Notes under the pieces: model-generated
Seen by the model: only the letters and a program-made list of their open reading frames with translations
Told to the model about the DNA's origin: nothing
Databases searched by the model: none
Assembly: GCA_964349825.1 (NCBI GenBank)
Contig: CAYGHM010000004.1
Coordinates: forward strand, 1-49,744
Length of the DNA: 49,744 nt
DNA from: an uncultured Gammaproteobacteria bacterium
GTDB taxonomy: Bacteria; Patescibacteriota; Patescibacteriia; Magasanikbacterales; UBA922
Direction: 5' to 3'
Shown: in pieces, positions 30,301-37,611 of the stretch
Numbering within the stretch: the first letter of the stretch is position 1
Layout: every line of letters begins with the position of its first letter
Program-made: the position numbers and the translations under genes

Positions 30301-32917
30301 AATGGCCAACCACCTGTTTGGTGGTACGACTTTCCTTGACGGTTATGATGCAAGCATCATCAAAGATATTGACAATTCTCTTTCCTACGGTCCGATTAAT
30401 ACACTCAAAATAGGTGCTTCCTGCTATTATAACGAGTTTATTATTGGAGACATGTATGACAAGAATGGGGCTGATTATGCGGTATGTGGCCCTGTTCAAT
30501 ACGCAGTTTTTCACAAAAAATGTCTTATTGACGGGGAATGTTATTGGCCGGGTATAACAATAGAACCAAAAAAATATACGTTGCAAGAGGTTGTTTATTC
30601 TATGATGCAAAACGTTGGACAGGATAAGAATCCAGGAACTAATTTGGCCACCGTTTGGTTTGTCGACGATACGGATAATTGGGTAAATTATTCCAAAGAT
30701 TCATTTGCCTCCTTTGAAAATACCACAGGAGCGACTTGTGCGGACGATGTGCGTGCTGAGGGTAAAGGAACTGTAGACAATTGGAAGTGTAACTATTATC
30801 CACCATGGCGCGCGCAAAAGGCCATAGAATATTTTTATGGCTTAAAAGACATGCCGACAGATTCAGTAGTGAGTCCATACATTCCAGAATTTTCTAAGAA
30901 TGTATATGAGGGAACAGTGCAGAGAATTTATTTTTCACCGATAATTCTTCCTTTTGCATTTGAGGCAGAGGCCTGTAACTTATGGGGAAATGATTACTGT
31001 AATCCAACAGGAGACTATGTTATGGATTATGCCCACTACAATGAAGTATATTTTGATTTTACTGAAATAAATAATAAACAAGAAGGATCCATCCATAAAA
31101 TAGAGATGAAAACAGAACGCTCCTTGTTGAAAAATCCTGGTGATAAATATGTTATATATCAAAAAAAAGGCATCATGACTGATGCAAGTGGAACAAAAAA
31201 GACCAGATATGTTTTAGTTCTTTCTTTGCAGAAAGATTTTGATGAGAACAAGGCAACTAAGTGGATTGATGAGTATCTTAAAAATAGTGAGCTAGACGGT
31301 GACATGAAAAATCCTCAGAATGATAATTTTGTGGTTATTTATACTGATTTTGACAAAACAACAGGAAAAATAATTCCGCAAAAAAATGGTAAGCCATTTT
31401 ATAGTAAAATGATTGGATCACTGCCAGGAAATTATGCCGGTACCGATGGGATATCACAGGGAGATATCTATAAAAAGTACATGAAGTCAAATCCTGTAGC
31501 GGCTTCTACTATTCTTTATTGGCCTTTTTGTACCGCTTTTGAACAGGTGTTTAATTCCTCAGTGGAGATAGGGCAGGGATTATCAACAAATAAAGCGTGG
31601 ACAAACCGTGTCTGGAGCGCAGCCCCAGAGGCTACCAACTTGGATATAGCTGAAAAAGTGCCAACAAGATCAACTACATTTGCACCTTATGCGACTATTA
31701 GTTTAAGAACTGGAGATACCAAACAGGAGAAACTAGCAAATTATCCTTTCCAAGATTTTATAAAGGACGGACGACCATTGGCTTGCAACGATAAACTTGT
31801 GAAAGGATTTGGGGGAATATTGTCGAGTCTTGCTGATGATTGCATATCTAATTCAGGAGCTGGATATGGAAAATTACCGGGGTATGCTGATTATACGGAT
31901 TATTTATTTGCCTACGAGTTCAATAAATATGTTATCCAGGATAATAATGCAGCATTTAAAGATCAATTAGCTGGTTCTGGAAAAGACCTGAGTGATAAAA
32001 TGAAAGGAAATCAAGCTCCAAAAATATATTCTCTCAATCCCGCAACTTGTTTCACTGCCGGAATTGGAAAAACAACCTGTTCTGCCGGAGAAGTAAATAA
32101 CTTTACGGTAAAGCAGAGAAACGCCACGAATAAAGATTATGATTTGAACGGTATCCCAGATGAAGATCCATCAAAGAAGGGGAATGAGGAAGCGCATATT
32201 TCGACCGGTGGATTTTTCTTCGCAGATGCAAAATTCTTTGCCTTTGCTGATGACAATCAAATGCCGATTAAACGGGTTATGGTGAATTGGGGAGATGATA
32301 TGCCTGTAACAAATATGGATACGTATGGCAGATACAAGAACCATAAGCCATACTGTGCGGCAAGTGAAGGAGACGTTGTTGGTTTGTGTGGAAAAGCTGG
32401 TGTAGGTGGTAAAGAAACCACCGAAACGCCAAGCCTTCTCACCTGTGCCACGGATAAAGAATGTGGTATCGTAGATCCATCATTTGTCTGTCTCATGAAA
32501 GATCACAAAGATCCGACGCATAAACTTCCTGGAAAATTAAAAGACCAAGATGCTTTCGACGTCGCGCGTTTCGGTAATATGCCCCGCGCTTGTGAAGCAA
32601 CATATTTTGACTTTGCTCACGTGTACACCTGTTCAAAGGGAAATAAATATAGATTCAAAGTATCTGATCCTGCAAACAAGTTGAGTCCCGCAACAAAAGG
32701 ACGACTTGCTGCACATGGTGTTAAAGATAGTGACGAAGTGTGTGTCTATAAGCCAGGAGTGCAGATATTGGATAACTGGGATTGGTGTAACGGTATAGAT
32801 AATGTGTTGAATAATAATTTTGTGGGGAGACATGGAGATGCATGTAATTCTGCGAGTGATCCTACTCACTTCACGCCTTACAAAGGTCAAATTGTGGTAG
32901 TCCCTGAGAAACAATAG
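24371..32917 (+). CDS. Giant secreted/anchored Cys-rich protein (2,848 aa) with a TrbJ/VirB5-like N-terminal motif and an internal CBM/jelly-roll-like domain
   Basis: Signal/anchor ISILLSVFVTVQFLGFFAFPSQVKAQG, then APVFDAANFGQ. About 100 Cys by my count, with only 2 in the first roughly 360 aa. A Cys-free segment at nt 27419-27841 (NDFEGTTALAGWSVDGG..WYELSFWVRG..YFLDSLELRQV) looks like a carbohydrate-binding jelly roll. Confidence 0.8.
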   Translation: MNRNSSPKKQRLGISILLSVFVTVQFLGFFAFPSQVKAQGAPVFDAANFGQLVKNGIVEVLEASAMGALLNGASYFMRKIAYDTASYLANGGKGQSALVFKKGWGSYLEDVSGNAAASAIDQLGKPFGLDLCKMPSVGFQVDLQIGLRSLYGTPSLDGVGAGPEPSCSFQKLKEGWKDWDNLDVQGEKLSNAFGASLTVSQSDFGIALNAVEQVDRLVAKQRFEKLAERGEGGGFKAVTDYISGDIKTPAEVVKEESKTLSGPNQTQLTMSQIAGVYGSGALQVFSMAGSVFLNTLISQGLNNLFTKGLVPNNKGTSAVVDFYAQSILNNKKAVEKAFNYLFTAVPKKQITKYEALVELEACSDQPGLNNCVIDNKLRDLIALAKLEKPLTIREAMNKNYLNKGWPLISPARDENDDFDCRNKGYCYSNLQKLRKLRVFPIGFELAALRSDPDQPWTLEQVVNGFEDCTIDSVTGKAIPDSKKPFCHLIDPNWIVRLPEAHCESKVYGPVLLSAQTADRREECVDITTCITEGPNGECVNDQTYAYCTREKNIWRIGANSCLPQYNTCKSYLDNKGTVRSYLSRTLDYGTCSAQSVGCAAYSFAQNVNGWVSTPNVSIDKKIAGDVQVAFFNKNVANYSCVPDDEGTSEFYQVKKEGDVYVKNTDPEIKPVYLKKAPDYLGCYDIDGGTPGIQYPKNTIDLDKLPQKEECKQFASACLPEETQCQSFTPKKGGEPIPGIIGANGCAASCVGYDTFKQEPTQFEVAKYPLYFIPAKGESCSSDHAGCTEFTNLEGGANGEELAYFSAIKYCEKPTGSNLKTYYSWEGDQEKGYVLKVHKLRPFTAQDADYINQLQDVNISAQFVAGTPAYADDRKQELVGNAAVCNEKLYNAYINGTKDQEKFNVDCRAFYDEAGQVSYRLLAKTITISEDCAVLRKTTSEFHKDDYIKDVKICTDRGGKFENNFCMRCTGGGFFKDNSCVYSAIVGEEGSTGCPAEANGCREYTGNSGNNTIPVLTNDFEGTTALAGWSVDGGGDVKVAAESIQVGLHSLQVTGETTKRELPSAVTEDGWYELSFWVRGTPQALTISFGPSTEASPAVEFTKNPQTNVSTPISINNSWRLYRLGPVYLPKGAAKNNISFSRSGNTAYFLDSLELRQVTGDDNLFRIKDSWKQTVPFGADVVNADVPLICDPDPTDDLPGFALGCSAYTDGNGQDKFATGFEQLCRPEAVGCQPLIDTYNTVEGTDEEKAHVYNAICAVPADVSTVTPCKIVVAGKEYGNGCSILIGEKSCAVKDFAATTGELQALKPYITASTIVIPADTLASDPVFLTNRANFRRSPQVLGCQKVARENQKIPGVQTSAYTFEKEQFIKNNPANYGTILCDATQVGCSEFSDDNTKSYFKDPLLSGNALCEYHEIKVGLDTFSGWFKSGVGECANNPAQLCREDTSDTDCGKGIACNKVGELQCYNNYIDQAGQYGIWSNKSNNYTGLVGICGEDQNQCNEIVDPQDVSLQNPKGKPYYVIFDDEVKDRQAKCSGVSLDEGCILFDKTEDPNKKYSSELTYKESRKNGNKVVAPKNATGQFLGDTNIVLKVDRDRQCSEWLSCSNSMVIKDKDTGENQRICADYRACVKDDKGKCLSWKQNTHNDAYLSEEDYISRDTDWYANEYVGYSLLNKYQVHYYSYIRVSSTAYAVYKMDESSFDDYPDLSCLKTDDTPKDDWIECGFSQDKNGNGQGRCYKGACIYPLTGKFPDKMSASKDNFEQALQVLGPERYQCKAFPEPTSPYPRTIVKKFETRPSDFGPRDIFLTKATGFGEANVCQNGDCSCKYTKVEYKGISEVDYWDVGKNIQDMGVCQGGDKDGRFCKTNTDCEGGNGIFSGSTCAKISKIETREGLHGLCLEEDRSRLINGADQQSCLTWLPVDSGFNGVDNYNFVPESGYYPSLDSSKDGGELYCVAGATGRDRTQDPAHQVPHNVPSSMANHLFGGTTFLDGYDASIIKDIDNSLSYGPINTLKIGASCYYNEFIIGDMYDKNGADYAVCGPVQYAVFHKKCLIDGECYWPGITIEPKKYTLQEVVYSMMQNVGQDKNPGTNLATVWFVDDTDNWVNYSKDSFASFENTTGATCADDVRAEGKGTVDNWKCNYYPPWRAQKAIEYFYGLKDMPTDSVVSPYIPEFSKNVYEGTVQRIYFSPIILPFAFEAEACNLWGNDYCNPTGDYVMDYAHYNEVYFDFTEINNKQEGSIHKIEMKTERSLLKNPGDKYVIYQKKGIMTDASGTKKTRYVLVLSLQKDFDENKATKWIDEYLKNSELDGDMKNPQNDNFVVIYTDFDKTTGKIIPQKNGKPFYSKMIGSLPGNYAGTDGISQGDIYKKYMKSNPVAASTILYWPFCTAFEQVFNSSVEIGQGLSTNKAWTNRVWSAAPEATNLDIAEKVPTRSTTFAPYATISLRTGDTKQEKLANYPFQDFIKDGRPLACNDKLVKGFGGILSSLADDCISNSGAGYGKLPGYADYTDYLFAYEFNKYVIQDNNAAFKDQLAGSGKDLSDKMKGNQAPKIYSLNPATCFTAGIGKTTCSAGEVNNFTVKQRNATNKDYDLNGIPDEDPSKKGNEEAHISTGGFFFADAKFFAFADDNQMPIKRVMVNWGDDMPVTNMDTYGRYKNHKPYCAASEGDVVGLCGKAGVGGKETTETPSLLTCATDKECGIVDPSFVCLMKDHKDPTHKLPGKLKDQDAFDVARFGNMPRACEATYFDFAHVYTCSKGNKYRFKVSDPANKLSPATKGRLAAHGVKDSDEVCVYKPGVQILDNWDWCNGIDNVLNNNFVGRHGDACNSASDPTHFTPYKGQIVVVPEKQ

Positions 32918-32924
32918 TGAAATG

Positions 32925-32953
32925 AAAACCGTCGGTATGTCCGGCGGTTTTTT
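32925..32953 (+). terminator. Intrinsic terminator after the giant gene
   Basis: Stem ACCGTCGG/CCGGCGGT (one G-U pair) with loop TATGT, followed by TTTTTT. Confidence 0.7.
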
Positions 32954-32958
32954 GTACC

Positions 32959-33060
32959 TTTGTCATTGCGAGGAATGAGTCCCCGAATGACGCGGCAATC
33001 CCGCTCATGTAAAGACGTTCGAGTAGAGTGAGATTGCTTCGCTTTGCTCGCAATGACAAA
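32959..33060. repeat. 102-bp element bounded by perfect 14-bp inverted repeats
   Basis: TTTGTCATTGCGAG (32959-72) and CTCGCAATGACAAA (33047-60). The interior has partial secondary complementarity (GCGGCAATC / GATTGCTTCGC). Confidence 0.55.
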
Positions 33061-33065
33061 AATAC

Positions 33066-33096
33066 AAAAAATAACCGATAAAACGGTTATTTTTTA
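33066..33096. terminator. Bidirectional-looking hairpin terminator
   Basis: AAAAA-ATAACCG-ATAAAA-CGGTTAT-TTTTT. The A-run and T-run flank a 7-bp stem. Confidence 0.5.
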
Positions 33097-33188
33097 GACG
33101 CATCAATATTGAATATATAATTCAATCTTCATGCGTCACTCCTGTTCGTCCTAGGAAAGGGCGAACAGGGGACGCGTGGGAGAGGGGG

Positions 33189-33653
33189 CTACTCGATGAT
33201 GACACAGTGGATCGTTTTCTGGTCCTGGGGTTCGAAGTAGCTGAATTCCTTCTTGGTCTTGTCGCAGGTTAGCTTGGACGTGAGCATGGGTTCGAAGATT
33301 TTCGCATCGACCCAGCAGGCGTTCTGCTTTACCTCGATCTTCAGCTTGATGTCCCAGTCCAAGCTTCCAGGGCACTTCCACTGATACGCTTTCATCCAGT
33401 TCCAGTCCGCGCACGGGTCCGGCTTGGCGACGCAGGTGCCGGTTTGGCAGATTTGGTCGGCCGAGCACAGGCTGCACGGATCGGGCGGGATGTCTTCGGC
33501 GGGGGCAGCATCAGCTTCAGAGACTTGGCCGCTGTCGGGATGGTTACCGGCATCGGCGTAGGTCGTCGGGGAATTGGCAGTGGCACCAAGTTGTTCCTCA
33601 CAGCCGCAAATAGCCAGCAGGAACAGGATCAAGATCCAGGGGAAAGTACGCAT
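33189..33653 (-). CDS. Secreted/lipoprotein-like Cys-rich protein on a GC-rich island (154 aa from MRTFPW)
   Basis: The only convincing minus-strand gene. AGGAG lies 6 nt upstream of the second ATG (33653). Signal peptide MRTFPWILILFLLAICGC. CSLCSADQICQTGTCV Cys-repeat. GC is about 60-67% in sampled lines. Confidence 0.55.
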   Translation of the reverse strand: MRTFPWILILFLLAICGCEEQLGATANSPTTYADAGNHPDSGQVSEADAAPAEDIPPDPCSLCSADQICQTGTCVAKPDPCADWNWMKAYQWKCPGSLDWDIKLKIEVKQNACWVDAKIFEPMLTSKLTCDKTKKEFSYFEPQDQKTIHCVIIE

Positions 33654-34118
33654 AGCACGCTCCTGCATGGCCCCATAGATGGGGACGTTTGGGACAAACC
33701 TTCGAAAGTCGACATGACTCCGTTGGCGATGTTGGGGTTGTGTATAAACTTATTGATATAAGTACAGACACGACCCCAACAGAGCCAATATATTTTTCCT
33801 CTCACACGCATAAATTGTTGCTTCAACAAATCTTTTTTATGCACAAAAGACTTATGTGAAGACTCTAAAGAACGGGCGGATATCCCGAGAGGGACTTCCG
33901 ACATTAGCATAGCATAGCGGAGTTGTCAATAGTAGATGGGTGTGGGGATAAATAGTTAAAGACGCAAATATTCAAATATTTCAAATAGATAACGTTGAAA
34001 TTAAAATACCTTATACAGAGTTTTTTCTTAAGCACCCAGTATTTTTTTGCTTATTTGCCTACTTGAATATTTGCGCATTTCAACACCATGTTATCAACTG
34101 TTCTCTGCACAATAAGTA

Positions 34119-34127
34119 TGCTATACT
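34119..34127 (+). promoter_or_regulatory. Extended -10 element (TGCTATACT) heading the T4SS-like operon
   Basis: TGnTAnnnT lying 22 nt upstream of ATG 34150. Confidence 0.45.
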
Positions 34128-34149
34128 GTATTCAAATAAAAGCGTTACC

Positions 34150-37100
34150 ATGCAAACGCGCATTGCTCGTAATTTGAGCTTGCTGAAACAATATATTAAA
34201 GCGGCGTTGCCACAAACAAAAAAACACTGGATAGTTAGTGTGTCTTTTGCTATCGTACTTTTTGGCTTGTGTTTGTTTATTACAAATACCGTACACGCAG
34301 AAGAAGCAGCCGCGGCAGCCGCTCCAGCATCTGAACCTGGAACCATGGCAAATATTGGTACGTATATTTTGACAATGATTACCAAGGCCATTTTGATGAT
34401 TGCGCAGATTTGTATCAAGATGACTATTTTTGCACTGGAATTTTTCGTGAAGCTGGCGAAGTATAATGGATATGTGGATGCACCAATCGTGATTCTCGGA
34501 TGGACCATGATTCGTGATATAGCGAATATGTTTTTTGTGGTTGTTCTCTTGGTCATCGCATTTGGAACTATCTTGGGACTTGAACAGTATGAATGGAAAA
34601 AGACCATGGTCAATTTTATTCTTGCAGCAATTTTTATTAACTTTAGTAAATTGATTGCTGGATTGATTATCGACGTGGCCCATGTGTTCACTATGACATT
34701 TACCAATGCTATTGCCGCAACGGCGGGTGGAAATATTATCAACATGTTCCATTTGAGCGATATTGTGTCGATTGTGTCAGGTGGTTTCCAAACAGGCGAT
34801 CCGACTCCGGATATCGTACTTGAAGTTTTTGGTGGTGCAGTGATGGCGCTTGTGTTTGCCGTTTTAGCCATGGTTACGATGGGGGCATATCTTATTGTCA
34901 TGGTTGCTCGAATCGTGGTGTTGTGGGCACTTATTATTTTGTCACCTCTTGCATATATTTTGAATGTTATTCCGCAAACAAAGAGTTATGCGGACACATG
35001 GTGGAGTGAGTTTGGAAAACACGTCATGGTGGCTCCAATTATGGTGTTCTTTTTATGGCTCGGGTTTGCTACTTTGGGAAGTGGAAGTTTTGTACAAAAT
35101 GATTTAGGTATAGCCTTTGGATCAGATGCGACGGCAACAGATAAAGCGCTCGGTCTTCCTGCGGCATCTATTGAGCGACCAAAAGTGAGTGTTTCTAATG
35201 TCAGTACATGGGAAAATATGGCGAATTTTATTTTGGCCATTGCTTTCTTGTGGGTTGGTATTGAACAAGTACAAAAAACGGGTGTCCGTGGTGGAGAAAT
35301 GCTTTCTCATGCAAAAAGTTTTGCTACTAAAGCGGCACTTATTGGTAGTGGATATGCTCTTGGTCGTTGGTTGACCGGCGAAGCAGGGGACCTTGGTGGA
35401 AAGGGATTAAAACAAGTCGGATATCGTATTCCTCTTGTTGGTGGACGTGCATGGCAGACCCGTGGATACAATGCGCTTGAAAAGTATGGTCGTGCGCAGG
35501 AATGGATAGATAATAAAGCAAAAGGATTGGATTCCGGTTATCGTGATTTGCAAAAAGGTAAATTGACAGCAAAATATGAGGGAGGATCTACTGCGCAATA
35601 CAGCAGCTTTAATCCAGCAAATATTCGTGCTGTTGCAGGACGTTTTGCTGCATCTGTTATTGAAACAGGCGGACGTAAAGATAAAATTCGTGATGATTAT
35701 AAAGAAGCGTATGAACGCCGCATGACAGTCGTGGAAGAAAGTTATTCTACGAGTGGATTGCCCGGCGGATCTTTGAAGCAGGAAGTCACTGGTCAATTGA
35801 AATTTGTCGAAGCTTTGGGTAAGGCAAAATCAGAGGCAAAAGTCAAAGATATTATGGGCCTGATTTTGGCAAACAACGATTCTTTTAAGGCATATGCCAA
35901 GCCAGCCATGGTTGCTGAAGAAAAAGCGCGTGTATCTGATCCAAAAGAAAAAATTGAAAGAGGAAAACGGTTGGGCTCTATGCGTAGTTTCGGCGACGGT
36001 CTGAAAACAGATGAAAAAGCTGCTAAGCTTGAAATAGAGTCACAAAAACGAGAGGAAATTATTAAAGAAAAACAGAATATATTGATGGGAAAGACTGATG
36101 GAAAATTTACTAATACAAATCCTTTAGCTGGTGTTCTCGCTGACACCAAAGCTGCGGCGCAATTACAACAGGCAATCGCCAAAGGATTTGAAGAGATCCA
36201 TCTTGATGAGGCGCTTGGAAGTTTATTCCAGGATATCTCCAATAATTCATTAGCGCAGGTGTATCTTGCGATGCAACAGCAAAAAGTAGAAGCGGTTTCA
36301 AAGAAAGAACGATATGAAAAAGAAAGGGAGAAAACCGTCAAAGGAAAAGAGCCAGGAATTTCTCGTGCTGAAGAAATTGCAAAACATAAAGCTATTACTG
36401 AAAATTTACAGAAAACGATTTCTCGTGCTTCAGATATTCAGCTTGCAACCGCCCGTGCCGTACAATATAAACAGAATGGCCAATTTTTGAAAGCAGACCA
36501 AACCTTGCAGAGTGTATATCAAAGACATGAAGAAGAGGACAGTAAAGAAATTTCTGGTTTGAACCGTCAGCAGAGAAAAGACGTGGCAAGTCAATTGCTC
36601 ACTTCATTGGGATCAACAACTGACCCCGAAGAAAAAGCCCAGATTACCCGTGATTTGACACGTTTGGTTACTGTAAGCGCAAATAAAGGTGCTGATGACT
36701 TTAAATCTTTGATGGAGAGTGCTTTGCCAGAAATTTATAATGGCGACACGGTTGATTTAAAAGAAGAAGATGCGAGTAAACATTTTTTGGAAATGGTTAC
36801 AGGAAAGAAAATTTCTTCAGAAGCGGAATACAACGACGCGTTTAAAGCATTTAATGTCTCATTTGAAGCAGGTAAGCCAAGAGATGCTGCAACTGGATTG
36901 ATCACTCCACAAGGAGAGAAAGCTGCAAAATCAGAACAGCAGGCAGTCCTTGCATCTTTATCCAATGCATTTTGGGCTCAGGGTGAAAGCGGTGGTCTTA
37001 ATTTTTCTGCTGCCGTAGGATCGAATATTGAGTCTGATCCGGATAAGCCTATATTAAAGAGAAAAGTTTTTGAAATTCGTCCCTCTTATAGTATTTCTCG

Positions 37101-37569
37101 TGATGAAAACGAGGATCGAAAAGGAAATATCGATGCATTGTCCAATGAATATCTGGTAACCCGTGATGTTATGTCGATCATCGACATGGTAAACTCACAA
37201 ATGAAAGCAGATCCATCAGGAAAAGTTGATAAGAAGGGTAAAAGAGTATATCAAGATAGAAAAGTGACCGAAGTTACATCAGATCAAATGTCCCGTCTTA
37301 AATCCTGGCTTACAAGCTTTAGTGATACACGAGAAGTGGCTCAGATCAACCGTGCTTTTTCAGTGTCAACACAGGATAAAAATTTCGAAGATGGTGCAAA
37401 AAAACAAATGGCAAAATTATTTAAGGAATTACAGGATGATTTGAAAGGCAAAGGTTTAAGTTCTGTTTATGCAAAAATTATGCAGACGCAGTTTTCTGAT
37501 TTGTATAATGACGCAATTGTTCAAGCAGAAATGGGTAGTGATTGGAAAAAATTAGAAGATTTAAAATAA
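34150..37569 (+). CDS. Polytopic VirB6/TrbL-like membrane protein with a roughly 700-aa charged, coiled-coil-like C-terminal extension
   Basis: Start moved to ATG 34150 (MQTRIARNL). Signal-like helix plus an AEEAAAAAAPASE spacer, then at least 6 hydrophobic helices over about 400 aa in a TrbL/VirB6-type arrangement. The rest is a Lys/Glu/Ala-rich hydrophilic tail. Confidence 0.55.
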   Translation: MQTRIARNLSLLKQYIKAALPQTKKHWIVSVSFAIVLFGLCLFITNTVHAEEAAAAAAPASEPGTMANIGTYILTMITKAILMIAQICIKMTIFALEFFVKLAKYNGYVDAPIVILGWTMIRDIANMFFVVVLLVIAFGTILGLEQYEWKKTMVNFILAAIFINFSKLIAGLIIDVAHVFTMTFTNAIAATAGGNIINMFHLSDIVSIVSGGFQTGDPTPDIVLEVFGGAVMALVFAVLAMVTMGAYLIVMVARIVVLWALIILSPLAYILNVIPQTKSYADTWWSEFGKHVMVAPIMVFFLWLGFATLGSGSFVQNDLGIAFGSDATATDKALGLPAASIERPKVSVSNVSTWENMANFILAIAFLWVGIEQVQKTGVRGGEMLSHAKSFATKAALIGSGYALGRWLTGEAGDLGGKGLKQVGYRIPLVGGRAWQTRGYNALEKYGRAQEWIDNKAKGLDSGYRDLQKGKLTAKYEGGSTAQYSSFNPANIRAVAGRFAASVIETGGRKDKIRDDYKEAYERRMTVVEESYSTSGLPGGSLKQEVTGQLKFVEALGKAKSEAKVKDIMGLILANNDSFKAYAKPAMVAEEKARVSDPKEKIERGKRLGSMRSFGDGLKTDEKAAKLEIESQKREEIIKEKQNILMGKTDGKFTNTNPLAGVLADTKAAAQLQQAIAKGFEEIHLDEALGSLFQDISNNSLAQVYLAMQQQKVEAVSKKERYEKEREKTVKGKEPGISRAEEIAKHKAITENLQKTISRASDIQLATARAVQYKQNGQFLKADQTLQSVYQRHEEEDSKEISGLNRQQRKDVASQLLTSLGSTTDPEEKAQITRDLTRLVTVSANKGADDFKSLMESALPEIYNGDTVDLKEEDASKHFLEMVTGKKISSEAEYNDAFKAFNVSFEAGKPRDAATGLITPQGEKAAKSEQQAVLASLSNAFWAQGESGGLNFSAAVGSNIESDPDKPILKRKVFEIRPSYSISRDENEDRKGNIDALSNEYLVTRDVMSIIDMVNSQMKADPSGKVDKKGKRVYQDRKVTEVTSDQMSRLKSWLTSFSDTREVAQINRAFSVSTQDKNFEDGAKKQMAKLFKELQDDLKGKGLSSVYAKIMQTQFSDLYNDAIVQAEMGSDWKKLEDLK

Positions 37570-37611
37570 TTTGGTAAGTATTGTCTATTCTCTTTAATAA
37601 AAGATGCGCGT

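Noticed and set aside
33151-33761. Three extra ORFs in GC island 2 (33151..33477 minus, 33392..33601 minus, 33444..33761 plus)
   Set aside because: The same GC-driven artefact applies. They have Arg/Pro/Gly-rich compositions and all overlap the signal-peptide-bearing ORF 33189..33653, which has an AGGAG site.
33109-34070. Recurring TTGAATAT/ATATTCAA octamer (33109, 33967, 34063, and also 11082 and about 40217) as a candidate regulatory motif
   Set aside because: For this AT-rich composition about 5 occurrences are expected by chance in 2 x 50 kb. Only the extended 13-bp inverted pair was kept as a finding.
34080-34901. 273-aa and 206-aa minus-strand ORFs opposite the VirB6/TrbL-like gene
   Set aside because: They are antisense to a long coherent + strand CDS. 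Their hydrophobic look is the usual artefact of reading TM-helix codons in reverse.
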